A stretch of DNA of 64,000 nt from Verrucomicrobiota bacterium (GCA_047947115.1 CP170459.1:2336001-2400000), one strand, 5' to 3'; positions 39,308-49,520 are shown, counted from the first letter of the stretch. Program-made: numbers and translations. The notes: generated by a model from the letters alone, not told the origin.

Positions 39308-39866
39308 CGCCTTTTCTTATTTCGTAACGCAGTCCGTTTGGAGCGCGGATGATCTGGAGTTTTTGTTCTTCCAGCTTTTTGTTTTTCAAATAGAAACCGG
39401 GCAGGCTTGCAATATCCAGTTGCCCATCCGGATAATAGATAATGCTGGGCATGGATTGGGTGATGGTCGAGTTGCGGTCCAATTCAATTTCCAGGTTGGA
39501 ATCCAATTGGTAAACGTACGGCCCGCTCAGTTCACTCTGGTTCAATGGATTGCCTGATCCTGCATTCAAACCGGAAAGCTCCCTCACGCCAAACCACTGA
39601 TTTTCCAGATCGAACCATACCTGCATGGGCATTCCGCTGGAAATGGCCTCGTGTCTGGCCAGGTGGGTGACGCCCAGGATTCGGCGTGCTTCATCATTGA
39701 TGATGGTGCCTCGAAAGAACTTGTTCAGAGAAGGGGACACCACGGTCATGATCGCTGTGAGGATCACCATCACCATGATGAGTTCGATCAAGGTAAACCC
39801 GCGGGATGGCAGGGAGCAAAAGCCCAAGCGACTGCTGCAGCGATGGCTTGGGCTTAGGATTTTCAT
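39249..39866 (-). CDS. gspH: T2SS minor pseudopilin GspH
   Basis: GFTLIELIMVM, ARHEAI and YYPDG motifs. Confidence 0.85.
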   Translation of the reverse strand: MKILSPSHRCSSRLGFCSLPSRGFTLIELIMVMVILTAIMTVVSPSLNKFFRGTIINDEARRILGVTHLARHEAISSGMPMQVWFDLENQWFGVRELSGLNAGSGNPLNQSELSGPYVYQLDSNLEIELDRNSTITQSMPSIIYYPDGQLDIASLPGFYLKNKKLEEQKLQIIRAPNGLRYEIRKGDEMLVIQNDLLAQDQLMSY

Positions 39867-39951
39867 AAAAAGTTGTGATGTGACAACGGTCTGTGAACAT
39901 GGAGATGGGATGCCTTCCGTCGTCCACAAACTTCGTCATATGCTTTCGGCA

Positions 39952-40407
39952 TCAATTGTTGTTGACGTGGTCCCAGTTCGTGATGTCATCACCACCGCCC
40001 ACACGCCCGTCCGGTCCCATCGACATGATGTCATAACCCGCTGCATTTTGTTTGCCTGGAAATTCGTAGATGTAACTGTTGCCCCAGGGGTCGTTGGGGA
40101 TGCCTTTCTTGAGGTAGGGCCCGTTCCAGCTGGTGGCGTTGCTGGGTTGGTTGACCAGTTCGTCCAGGCCATCGCTGCCGGATGGGTAATATCCGTTGTC
40201 GGTTTCAAAAATATCCAGAGCAGTTTCGAAAACGGAAATCTGGCTGCGTGCGGCGGTTTCTTTGGCTTGTTGGGAACGTCCGGCAAATTTGGGAACCACC
40301 ACTGCGGCCAGGGCGGCGAGGATGACCAATACCAGCAGCATTTCCACCAGTGTGAATCCTTTTTGACGGGTGCGACGTGTTTTGTTGATTCGTGTGTGCA
40401 ATTTCAT
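39952..40407 (-). CDS. gspG: T2SS major pseudopilin GspG
   Basis: GFTLVEML, WNGPYL, DPWGNSY and SMGPDG...DDI motifs. Confidence 0.95.
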   Translation of the reverse strand: MKLHTRINKTRRTRQKGFTLVEMLLVLVILAALAAVVVPKFAGRSQQAKETAARSQISVFETALDIFETDNGYYPSGSDGLDELVNQPSNATSWNGPYLKKGIPNDPWGNSYIYEFPGKQNAAGYDIMSMGPDGRVGGGDDITNWDHVNNN

Positions 40408-40429
40408 AATTAGTTCAAGTTGTCTTTGT

Positions 40430-41665
40430 TCACTTAATGTAATCCTGGATGGTGAAAATTGGAATCACCATTCCGATAAATATCGTGCCGATAAAACCGG
40501 CAATCAGAAAAAGCATCAGGGGTTCCATGAGAGAAACCGCCGTTTTCAATTGTTGATCCAGATCCTTCTCGGTCGTTGCCGCCAGGCGGATCAGTTCCTG
40601 ATCCAATCGTCCACTTTCTTCCGCCACGGAAATCATTTCCAGAATGGATCCGTGGAACAAGACGCGGCAATCGGAAAGGCTGCGGGCCAGCGTGTCACCT
40701 TTTTTGACGCGTTCGATGGATTCCGCTACCGCATCAACCAGAATCTGGTTGCCGATGGATCGGCGGGCCACATTCAGGCCATGAATCAAAGGAACCCCGG
40801 CGTTCAGAAGAGTCCCCAGCATGCGGCAGAAGCGAGCCATGGCGAACTGGGCATTCAAAGGCCCGATGACGGGCAGGCTCAGCATGCTTTGCTCGAACTT
40901 GCGCCGCCCACGGTCCGTGGCCAGCCAGTTTCGGATGCCGATGCCTGCTATACCTGCGCCGATGGCAATGAAGAAGCCATAAGATTGGCAAAACTCACTG
41001 GTGGATACAATGACCTGGGTTAGGAGGGGAAGTGCCGCATCGAATCCTTCGAACAGCACTTTGAACCGCGGGATGAAGAACATCATCAAAAAGACCAGCA
41101 CACCCAAGGCGAGGCAAAGGAGTACGACGGGATAAATCATGGCGGACAGCACTTTGCCGCGCAGTTCCTTGTCGCGTGATTGAAAATCGGCGATCTGCCC
41201 CAGGACCAGGTCCAGGAAACCACCTGTTTCACCCGCCTCCACCATGGCGACATAAACCTTTGGAAACGTGTCGGGAAACCGGCTCATGGCATTGGCCAGG
41301 GACATGCCGTCGACCACCAGATCGTGCACGGCTTTCCAACGTTCGCCCGCTGCGGGAGAGGCTGCCTCGCGGTAGAGGATGACCAGAGCCCGACTCAGAG
41401 GGACGCCTGCGGAAAGGAGACTGGAAAGTAGCCGGGTGAAGTTTTCCAGCATCTTGAAGGTGATGCGTCCAGATTTCCATGGCAGGGAGAGGGAAGATCT
41501 CGAGGATTTTTTGGCTCCTGCCTTTCCCTGTTGTTCGGTCAACTTGATCGGCTTCAGGCCCAGAGCTTCCATCTTGCGGAAGGCGTCCTGTCTGCCGCCG
41601 GCATCGATGTCTCCGGTGGCAATTCCGCCATCCGCTTTGAGCGCCTTATATTGAAAAGTTGCCAC
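40430..41665 (-). CDS. gspF: T2SS inner membrane platform protein GspF
   Basis: LLSAGVPL, MVEAGETGG.L, AMIYP, LPLLT and EESGRLD motifs. Confidence 0.95.
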   Translation of the reverse strand: MATFQYKALKADGGIATGDIDAGGRQDAFRKMEALGLKPIKLTEQQGKAGAKKSSRSSLSLPWKSGRITFKMLENFTRLLSSLLSAGVPLSRALVILYREAASPAAGERWKAVHDLVVDGMSLANAMSRFPDTFPKVYVAMVEAGETGGFLDLVLGQIADFQSRDKELRGKVLSAMIYPVVLLCLALGVLVFLMMFFIPRFKVLFEGFDAALPLLTQVIVSTSEFCQSYGFFIAIGAGIAGIGIRNWLATDRGRRKFEQSMLSLPVIGPLNAQFAMARFCRMLGTLLNAGVPLIHGLNVARRSIGNQILVDAVAESIERVKKGDTLARSLSDCRVLFHGSILEMISVAEESGRLDQELIRLAATTEKDLDQQLKTAVSLMEPLMLFLIAGFIGTIFIGMVIPIFTIQDYIK

Positions 41666-41679
41666 GTTAAACCGTTTTC

Positions 41680-43350
41680 TTAAAAGGTTGAAAGTTCCTC
41701 GTCCTTGGTGACACGCATGACTTCATCAGGAGTCGTGATGCCCATTTCAACCAGTCGCCACCCATCCTGACTGAGGGTGCGCATGCCTTCCTTGCGAGCC
41801 AATTCTTTCAGCTCACCACTGGAACAATTCTTGAGGATTTTTTGACGGATGGGGTAACTGACGCCCATCATTTCAAAGACCGCACGTCGACCGTGATACC
41901 CTGTCTGACGACATTCGCGGCAACCCACCGCTTTGTAGACGACCGCGTCGGGCTTCCACTTCATGGTTTCCCTGAGGGCCTTGACGCGTTCGGATGTGTC
42001 CTCTATGCGGCAATGCGGGCAGAGAGTTCTGACGAGTCGTTGGGCGAGAACCCCTTCCAGGGAAGACGCCACCAGATAAGGTTCCACCCCCATGTCGATC
42101 AAACGTGTCATGGCGCTCGGGGCATCGTTGGTGTGCAATGTTGAGAATACCAAGTGACCCGTCAAGGAAGCTTGAATGGCGATGCGCGCCGTTTCTTCAT
42201 CTCGAATTTCACCAATCAGGACAACGTCAGGGTCATGGCGCAGGATGGCACGCAGTCCTCTGGCAAAGGTGAGTCCGGATTTTTCGGAAACCTGGATTTG
42301 GTTGATGCCCCTGATCTGGTATTCCACCGGATCTTCCACCGTGATGATTTTGCGTACCATGTCATTGATGGTATTCAGGGCGGTGTAAAGTGTGGTTGTT
42401 TTGCCACTGCCGGTGGGGCCAGTGACGAGGAATATGCCATGGGGCACTCCCAAAACTTGTTTGAAAAGTTGCAACTCCCGGTCTGCCATCCCGATCTGGT
42501 CGAGCCCTGGGATGGAGCCATCTTGCCGCAACAAACGCATGACAACGGCTTCTCCATGCAGCATGGGTATGATGGAGACACGGACATCGACTTCCCCTTG
42601 TTTGACCTTCAGTTTGATACGGCCGTCCTGGGGGAGTCGTTTTTCTGCGATATTGAGGTGACTCAGAATTTTGACGCGTGAAACGATGGCAGGTTGAAAG
42701 CGTTTGATTTCCGCGGGTACTGGAACCTCCTGAAGAACGCCATCGATACGGTAACGAATCTGCAATTCGTCCTCAAAAGGCTCCAAATGAATATCCGTGG
42801 CGCGCAGATCAATGGCGTCGCTGAGCACCTGATTGACGAACCGGATGATCGAGGCGTCTTCCGCCGCATTCTCCAGATCAGTATCTTCTCCGGAATCTTC
42901 ATCGACCACCTGAAAGGAGCTGTCATCCTTCAGAGTGTCGATGGTATCCGCCCCGACGCCGAGGCGTTTTTTGATTTCCCTCTGAATGGCCTCTGAAGGA
43001 GCAAGGACCGGGTTCAGTTTGAGTCCGGTCAGGGATTTCAAGGTATCCAGACCTTGAGTGGCGAAAAGTCGACTGGTGGCGATGTCCACCGAGCCATTTT
43101 CGCGTTTCAGGGGGAGCAAGCCTTCCTTGAACAACAATCTGGCAGGAAACAAAGTCAGTGTTTCCTTATCGATTTCCACTTGCTCCAGGTCATTGTATTG
43201 AACCGAATACTCCTCGGCGAGCCACTGCAACACCTCGGGTTCGGTTTCATAATTGCTCTCCGCCCCGTTGCCTTTTTGCTTCATCAGCCAGTTGGCGTCG
43301 GAAGCGGAGAGCTGTCGGGACTCGACCATTTGATTCAACAATTCAGTCAT
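41680..43350 (-). CDS. gspE: T2SS assembly ATPase GspE
   Basis: ATDIHLEP, RLPQDG, Walker A GPTGSGKT, LRHDPDVVLIGEIRD, TGHLVFSTLHTN and CxxC..CxxC. Confidence 0.96.
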   Translation of the reverse strand: MTELLNQMVESRQLSASDANWLMKQKGNGAESNYETEPEVLQWLAEEYSVQYNDLEQVEIDKETLTLFPARLLFKEGLLPLKRENGSVDIATSRLFATQGLDTLKSLTGLKLNPVLAPSEAIQREIKKRLGVGADTIDTLKDDSSFQVVDEDSGEDTDLENAAEDASIIRFVNQVLSDAIDLRATDIHLEPFEDELQIRYRIDGVLQEVPVPAEIKRFQPAIVSRVKILSHLNIAEKRLPQDGRIKLKVKQGEVDVRVSIIPMLHGEAVVMRLLRQDGSIPGLDQIGMADRELQLFKQVLGVPHGIFLVTGPTGSGKTTTLYTALNTINDMVRKIITVEDPVEYQIRGINQIQVSEKSGLTFARGLRAILRHDPDVVLIGEIRDEETARIAIQASLTGHLVFSTLHTNDAPSAMTRLIDMGVEPYLVASSLEGVLAQRLVRTLCPHCRIEDTSERVKALRETMKWKPDAVVYKAVGCRECRQTGYHGRRAVFEMMGVSYPIRQKILKNCSSGELKELARKEGMRTLSQDGWRLVEMGITTPDEVMRVTKDEELSTF

Positions 43351-43395
43351 GTCGAGTCTTGTTTCTTAAGATCAGTGATGATTCGCGGGACCAGC

Positions 43396-43929
43396 CTATT
43401 CAATGAGGCCCATCACTACGGCAACCGCTTCCTGTTTGACCGTCAGGACGGATTTCAAGGTATCTTGAGCTTTTTTCAGCTCGGCTTCCTTGGCATCACG
43501 TGATTTTCGGAAAACTGCCAGTTTGGCTTCGATGTTGCTGCCGGAATCGATTGCGGATTGCAAGGCGTCGAGCTCAGCGTTGCCACTGCCCTGACCTCCA
43601 CGACCTCCACGGCCACCAAAACCGCCGAATCCGCCAAAACCACGTCCACCCGAGCGGGCGTCACGCTGTTTTTCCTGAATGGTTTCGATCAGGGGCTGAA
43701 CGGCTTTGAATTCCGCGTCTGAGAATCCGAACTGTTCCTGATAACGTTCCATCATGCGGGCGCGGAATTCAGCAGGATCGAAATTGCCACGTCCGCCACC
43801 AGGACCACCTTGTCCACGTCCGCCTTGACCGCCTTGACCGCCACGACCTTGAGCCGCTGCATCATAAGATGTGAGAGAGATCGCCATGAGGGCGACGATT
43901 AATGTGATAGATTTGAATAATTGAATCAT
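43396..43929 (-). CDS. secreted Gly-rich helical protein (LTxxQ-like)
   Basis: Signal peptide ending AAAQ, GGRG repeats and C-terminal LTVKQ. Confidence 0.7.
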   Translation of the reverse strand: MIQLFKSITLIVALMAISLTSYDAAAQGRGGQGGQGGRGQGGPGGGRGNFDPAEFRARMMERYQEQFGFSDAEFKAVQPLIETIQEKQRDARSGGRGFGGFGGFGGRGGRGGQGSGNAELDALQSAIDSGSNIEAKLAVFRKSRDAKEAELKKAQDTLKSVLTVKQEAVAVVMGLIE

Positions 43930-44113
43930 ACAGGAACAGGTAGACGGGATGGTGTTCAGGGCGGTTACACCGTTTTTGTGCAACTTGAAAAAAACTTTTG
44001 GACCACTTTTAGACTACTTTTGGATAATCCTTCTGGAATAAGGTATGGATTGAGGGACTCGTATCGGTAATAGTTTGATTGTATGTGGATTAGGTTGCTT
44101 TAACGAAAGTGGT

Positions 44114-44554
44114 ATGATGAAGCATTTTTTTGATATCCGTCCAGGCGAAATCACCAAAGCTTTCGTGGCTTGCTGTGTCACTGGGATTTTGACTCTTATG
44201 ATTTGGGAACCTTCCCGAACCGGCCACGAGGCAATGTCCATACAATTCCCGCAGCAAACACCCGATCTACAGATTTTGCAGTTGGCTCTTTCCAGCTATT
44301 TCCAAGATCATGAGGAGAATGACATGGTTACCCAAAATGGTGTTACTTTGCAAACACTTGAGGATGAAGGCTACTTGCAACCTGACTCTTCAATAAGATT
44401 CCTTCCGGCAAGTTGGCGTTTGTTCCCACAAATATTGGAAGCATCTGTTTCAACGCCAGAATCGGTTCTTGTCGAAGCCCGGTTGCCCTCTGGAGAACAT
44501 CTGGTATTGCTTGCTGACGGGAGTGTGCAGTCTGGACCAGGGATAAACCATTAA
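44114..44554 (+). CDS. hypothetical pilin-like protein with H-X9-DG-like tail
   Basis: N-terminal TM and C-terminal HLVLLADGSVQ. Confidence 0.55.
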   Translation: MMKHFFDIRPGEITKAFVACCVTGILTLMIWEPSRTGHEAMSIQFPQQTPDLQILQLALSSYFQDHEENDMVTQNGVTLQTLEDEGYLQPDSSIRFLPASWRLFPQILEASVSTPESVLVEARLPSGEHLVLLADGSVQSGPGINH

Positions 44555-44585
44555 TCTATTTGAAGTCTAAAGCACTAGATTCAAC

Positions 44586-45575
44586 TCACATCATCTTCAT
44601 CTTGGGCAAGTCCTGCGTATCGATCAGACCAACTGGTTCTCCCTTGGCATTGACAACGATCAAATCATCGATTGGCTTCTGGTCAAACAGGTTCAACGCT
44701 TCGACCGCCAGCGCTTCATCTCGTATGGTGATCGGGTTGGGGGACATGACTTCCTTTATCAAGGCATCCAGAGGGTGCTCGTCACGGGCTAGGTAGCGTC
44801 TTAAATCTCCGTCCGTAAATATGCCTGCAAGTTTACCTTCATCATCCACCACGCTCACACATCCGGCCTTGGCGCCTCCCATGACCAGTAAAGCCTGTTT
44901 GATGGTTGTCGTTGCTTTGGTGACGGGATTGCGTATGCCACTGCGCATGACATCCTTGATTTTCAGCAAAAGAGCCCTTCCGATCGCTCCTGACGGGTGC
45001 CTCGTGGCAAAATCCTCCTTCTTGAATCCTCTCGCTTCCAAGGTGGCCATAGCCAGGGCATCTCCCATCACCAGCATGGCCGTTGTGCTGGAAGTGGGCG
45101 CAAGATTGAATGGGCAGGCTTCTTTGGGAACTTCCACGTTCAATACCCAATCACATGACTGGCCCAGCGTTGATTGGGGGACGCCGGTCATCCCGATCAA
45201 CTTCACCTGAAAGCGTTTCAGGGCGGGGAGTAGATTGAGCAATTCTTCGGTTTCCCCGGAATAGCTCAATATGAGGATGACGTCGCCGTCGTTGACAACC
45301 CCCACATCACCATGCAGGGCATCTACGCTGTCCAGCAGCACGCTGGTTGTCCCCGTGCTGGTCAGGGTTGCTGCGATTTTGCGCCCGATATTACCAGATT
45401 TACCGATGCCGACCACCACGACTTTTCCCTTGGATTCCATTGTTTGCACCAGGCAATCGATGGTTTGATGGAAGGAGATATCGATTAAATTCCGCACATG
45501 TTCCAACGCTGCCAGTTCAGTCGAAAAAACAGTCTGAGCGCGTTGAATGTGTTTTGATGGAGGTGGTTGACTCAT
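44586..45575 (-). CDS. kdsD: arabinose-5-phosphate isomerase (KpsF/GutQ, SIS + 2 CBS)
   Basis: GIGKSG, KIAATL, HGDVG, SYSGET, LAPTSSTT and GIFTDGDLRR motifs. Confidence 0.95.
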   Translation of the reverse strand: MSQPPPSKHIQRAQTVFSTELAALEHVRNLIDISFHQTIDCLVQTMESKGKVVVVGIGKSGNIGRKIAATLTSTGTTSVLLDSVDALHGDVGVVNDGDVILILSYSGETEELLNLLPALKRFQVKLIGMTGVPQSTLGQSCDWVLNVEVPKEACPFNLAPTSSTTAMLVMGDALAMATLEARGFKKEDFATRHPSGAIGRALLLKIKDVMRSGIRNPVTKATTTIKQALLVMGGAKAGCVSVVDDEGKLAGIFTDGDLRRYLARDEHPLDALIKEVMSPNPITIRDEALAVEALNLFDQKPIDDLIVVNAKGEPVGLIDTQDLPKMKMM

Positions 45576-45809
45576 CGGTATGGGGAGATTATGGGGTCAA
45601 TTCGACTGATTCGCAAGCTGGTAGACCGTCAGCTGCTTTATTGTTTTTTATCCTCAGATGTCATCGATGAACGCAGGTTTGGAGCATTGATGAACATCAT
45701 GCGGCCAAGAAAGGACCCATCCAATAGTGAAAAGTAAGTCGGCGAGTTATCCCAAGGTTGACTTTCACAATTTACGACATCTGCGGAGACCCTAATGGAA
45801 AGGTAACGG

Positions 45810-47336
45810 TCAAGCAGCATGCGATTTTGTGGTTTTCGTCATCAGTGCATTGACCTGCTCGATCCATTCGGCACTGCCGGGGCGGACATGGGCCGGGTAA
45901 CCGTAAATGGCTTCCAGAGAGCGAAGACCCAGGTGTCCATCGGAGATTTCCACCTGATGCGAGTCCATCAGGCATGGATGAGAAATGCCGGAAGCATGGC
46001 AAACTCTGAGGATTTCTTTTCGCAATACCTTGATGTAGTTGGCTAGGCGTACGGATTTGTGATTGGGGTCCAATCCCCGCATCAGCCATTGATTCTGAGT
46101 GGCGACACCGGCCGGGCAATGTCCGGTGTGGCATCGCTGAGCCTGGATGCAGCCGATGGACAGCATGGCTTCACGGCCCACATTTACCGCATCACAGCCC
46201 AGCGCAAATCCCACGAGAGCAGATTCGGGAAAGCCGAGTTTCCCGGACCCGATAAACACAAGATTCTTATGTAAATCCTGTTCAGTAAACTGCAGATAGA
46301 CCCTGCTGAATGCCTGCTTGAATGGAAGTGCGACATGATCCGCAAAGACCAGTGGCGCCGCGCCTGTGCCACCTTCGCCGCCATCAATGGTGATGAAGTC
46401 CAGACCGCGGGTGCCGGATTTCATGAGGTCGGCAAGTTGAGTCCAGAACGGAATTTGACCGACTGCGGACTTGATGCCTACAGGCAAGCCGGAGGTTTCG
46501 GCCAATAATTCGGCGAAATCGAGCAAACTGTCCGCATCTGAAAAAGCCGTATGAGCGGGAGGACTGAGGCAATCCTTGCCTGCTTCGACGCCGCGGATGG
46601 CGGCGATTTCAGGGGTGACTTTCTTTCCAAGGACCACGCCGCCGAGTCCGGCCTTGGCTCCTTGGCTCAGCTTGATTTCGATGGCTCGGATCTGGGGGTA
46701 TTGTTGGACTACACTGCGGAAACGTTCCAGATCAAAACCTCCGACCTTGTTTCGACAACCGAAATAGCCTGTGCCGATCTGCCAGACCAGATCGCCTCCA
46801 TGCAAGTGATGCCTGGAGATGCCCCCTTCGCCTGTGTTGTGCCATGCGCCGGAGAGGGCGCAGCCACGGTTGATGGCCTCCACAGCCGCCGAGCTGAGAC
46901 TGCCAAAGCTCATGGCCGAAAGGTTGATGGTCGAGGGCATCCGCAAAGCCTTCCGTCGCTTTCGATGCGCTCCCAGCACCTTTGCGCAGGGGATCCGGTA
47001 GTGCGGCGCATCCATTGGAAGATTCAACGGAAACGGGCTGTGTTTGATGAAGATGTAGTTCGGCGTCTGCTCGAGATCGTTGTCCGTTCCGAAACCGAAG
47101 TAATCGTTTTGCTTCTTGGACGTTGCGTAAACCCACCGACGCTGATCCCTGGTGAAGGGGCGTTCTTCGTCGTTGTCCGTGACGATGTACTGGCGTAGTT
47201 CCGGTCCGATGGCTTCGAGAATGTATCGAAAATGGCCGATGATCGGAAAGTTCCTGAGGATGGCATGCTTCTTTTGGTAGATATCAAAGACAGCTACCAG
47301 ACCCAGGAACCCCAAAATGATCCATAACCATGTCAC
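45810..47336 (-). CDS. FMN-binding glutamate synthase family protein
   Basis: SAMSFGSLS, NTGEGG, EIKLSQGAK, IDGGEGGTGAAP and GCIQAQRCHTGHCPAGVATQ motifs. Confidence 0.93.
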   Translation of the reverse strand: MTWLWIILGFLGLVAVFDIYQKKHAILRNFPIIGHFRYILEAIGPELRQYIVTDNDEERPFTRDQRRWVYATSKKQNDYFGFGTDNDLEQTPNYIFIKHSPFPLNLPMDAPHYRIPCAKVLGAHRKRRKALRMPSTINLSAMSFGSLSSAAVEAINRGCALSGAWHNTGEGGISRHHLHGGDLVWQIGTGYFGCRNKVGGFDLERFRSVVQQYPQIRAIEIKLSQGAKAGLGGVVLGKKVTPEIAAIRGVEAGKDCLSPPAHTAFSDADSLLDFAELLAETSGLPVGIKSAVGQIPFWTQLADLMKSGTRGLDFITIDGGEGGTGAAPLVFADHVALPFKQAFSRVYLQFTEQDLHKNLVFIGSGKLGFPESALVGFALGCDAVNVGREAMLSIGCIQAQRCHTGHCPAGVATQNQWLMRGLDPNHKSVRLANYIKVLRKEILRVCHASGISHPCLMDSHQVEISDGHLGLRSLEAIYGYPAHVRPGSAEWIEQVNALMTKTTKSHAA

Positions 47337-47430
47337 TCGATCTATTTGCTCCTTACAATTGCGTCGGTTCTAATTGAAGCCTGGCCTTCCTGACTCGGTT
47401 GAGGGGGCCTTGCAATCAGACTTAATCTAC

Positions 47431-48018
47431 TCAAGGAAGATCGTTAATGGATTTGATGATCTTACCGGCTAATCCGTATTCCACTGCTTCTTTGGGGCCC
47501 ATCCAGAAATTACGATCGCTATCCTGGCGGACTTTTTCGATGGGTTGTCCGGTTTGGTCGGCAAAAGTTTGATTCAGGCGTTCGCGCATTTTGATAATCT
47601 CACGAGCCTCGATCTCGGCATCCGAAGCGGAACCTCCCACACCCCCCATGGGTTGATGCAGCATGAAACGGGTGTTTGGCAGACACAAACGGTATTTTTT
47701 GGGAGGTGCCGAATAAATGAGTGCGCCGGCACTGGCTACCCAACCGGTTCCGATGATGTATACCTTTGATTTCACAAACCGGATCATGTCGAATATGGAA
47801 TCGCCTGATTCGACATGCCCGCCCTGAGAATTGATGAAAATCTTGATGGGTTCCTCCGACTCGGCATCCAGGCACAGCAGGCTCTGGGTCACCTTTTCGG
47901 CGACCTCCTGGTTGATTTCGCCAAACAGGGTGATGGTCCGTTGCTTCAACAACGATTCCACAACCTTGTTGGTCACCGATGGTTTTTTCTCTTCTGAATC
48001 CTTACAGTCTAACCTCAT
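47431..48018 (-). CDS. clpP: ATP-dependent Clp protease proteolytic subunit
   Basis: INSQGG, VASAG (Ser), MLHQP (His) and DRNFWM (Asp). Confidence 0.93.
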   Translation of the reverse strand: MRLDCKDSEEKKPSVTNKVVESLLKQRTITLFGEINQEVAEKVTQSLLCLDAESEEPIKIFINSQGGHVESGDSIFDMIRFVKSKVYIIGTGWVASAGALIYSAPPKKYRLCLPNTRFMLHQPMGGVGGSASDAEIEAREIIKMRERLNQTFADQTGQPIEKVRQDSDRNFWMGPKEAVEYGLAGKIIKSINDLP

Positions 48019-48140
48019 GTTCCAGACAATTTGATCAGTAGAACAGTCTGGCGCAAGTGATTATTTTGAAGGTTTTTGATCCGCACCACCGCAGCCGCGG
48101 GATCTTCGAGATTTTGCCGATTGTCGCGGATTGGTGTTTT

Positions 48141-48324
48141 TGAACCACAGATTGCGCAGATTGACGCAGATTTTGGTCCTTGGAAGATGGTTGTTGTTTT
48201 TGGATGGAGCATGACTTCTTGGCATAGGTTAAGCGCATTCGTCCTTTGAGATATCTCCAAGGCAAAGAGGGACTACCTTTTGCCTTTAAAAAATCTGCGT
48301 CAATCTGCGATAATCTGCGGTTCA
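48141..48324. repeat. inverted pair of CGCAGAT tandem repeats
   Basis: TGAACCACAGATTGCGCAGATTGACGCAGATTTT (48141) and AAAATCTGCGTCAATCTGCGATAATCTGCGGTTCA (ends 48324). Confidence 0.8.
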
Positions 48325-48332
48325 GAATCAAA

Positions 48333-49235
48333 TCAAGAACTCCATTTCAAAACGAAAATTCCCATAAGAATAATCAGGATACAGATCAGTTTTGGACGCA
48401 TGTTTTTCTCCCGGTAGGCGATGATGCCGCCGAAGAAGGTGATCAGTACGGCGCATCGGCGAAGAGGGGATACCACGGAAATCAATGCATCCTGCTGGGA
48501 CATGGCAACGAAGTAGAAAAAATCCGCGGCTAGCAAGGTGATTCCTGTCATGGGAATACTCCATCGCCAGTGGAAGGTCGATTTGCCGATTTTTCCCATG
48601 CGCCACAGGGCACAAAAAGGCCCCAACACGGCTGTCAGGTAGATGGAGAACCAGCATTGCACGGTGGCTGCTTCCATTGCGCGGGTTTGAAGCAGGTATT
48701 TGTCGTACAAGGCGCTGAGTGCGCCAAGCAGGGTGGCGATCATCATGAACCCCACCCAGCGATCGCGGTGAAAGTGGATGCCTTCCAGTTTTCCAACGAA
48801 GGAAAACGCGTAGAATCCGCACAAAATGATGGCGATACCCAACCATTGCATGACTACGGGTCGTTCCCCAAACAAGGTCACTGCAATCATGATCGTCCAC
48901 AACGGAGCGGTCGCGCGAATGGGTGAGGCCACCGAAACCGGCAGATGTTTGACCGCGAAATAATTGAACACCCACGACGCGGAAACCAGTGTGGACTTGG
49001 CCAGAATCAGTCCGTGTTCTTTCCAGCTCATGGATTTCACCAGAAACAAAGCCGATGGAAACGAATCCGGTGAGACCATCGACCAGCACAGGAAAGGAAG
49101 CCACACCAAGGCGCCGGCCAACACACTGAAGAACAACACCGGCGGCACCGCATTTTCCCGGACCCCTGCTTTCTTGATCAGGTCGTATACCCCAAGGAAC
49201 AACGCAGACAATATGGAAAGAACCACCCAATTCAT
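48333..49235 (-). CDS. EamA/DMT family transporter
   Basis: About 10 TM segments in two repeats; PVSVASPI, LFGER and YREKN motifs. Confidence 0.9.
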   Translation of the reverse strand: MNWVVLSILSALFLGVYDLIKKAGVRENAVPPVLFFSVLAGALVWLPFLCWSMVSPDSFPSALFLVKSMSWKEHGLILAKSTLVSASWVFNYFAVKHLPVSVASPIRATAPLWTIMIAVTLFGERPVVMQWLGIAIILCGFYAFSFVGKLEGIHFHRDRWVGFMMIATLLGALSALYDKYLLQTRAMEAATVQCWFSIYLTAVLGPFCALWRMGKIGKSTFHWRWSIPMTGITLLAADFFYFVAMSQQDALISVVSPLRRCAVLITFFGGIIAYREKNMRPKLICILIILMGIFVLKWSS

Positions 49236-49344
49236 GTAGGGGCGACACCATTTAGGATTCCAGGCGTCGAATCAAGTAGATACCATTTATCTTTGGAGGA
49301 TCCGGCGACGTCCCCATGCGTCCCTCGATGAGGCGGGTTCCTTC

Positions 49345-49520
49345 ATCGTCAATGCATACATGGTCCCAGGATACATTGGGTACGTTTGACGGTATGCGTC
49401 CATAATTTTGATTCTGGTAGAATTCCAGAATTCCAGAATTCCGTTCCGTCGTTTGTGCCGCCACTCATCAGGTGTTTCGATTGATTTTCCATCAGAAAAT
49501 CTTAACGGAGCAGGTAGTGC
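49345..49520 (-). pseudogene. remnant resembling the N-terminus of a CE15 glucuronoyl-esterase-like hydrolase
   Basis: Removing one of three AGAATTCC units (49419-49442) restores LPAPLRFSDGKSIETPDEWRHKRRNGILEFYQNQNYGRIPSNVPNVSW. Confidence 0.55.
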
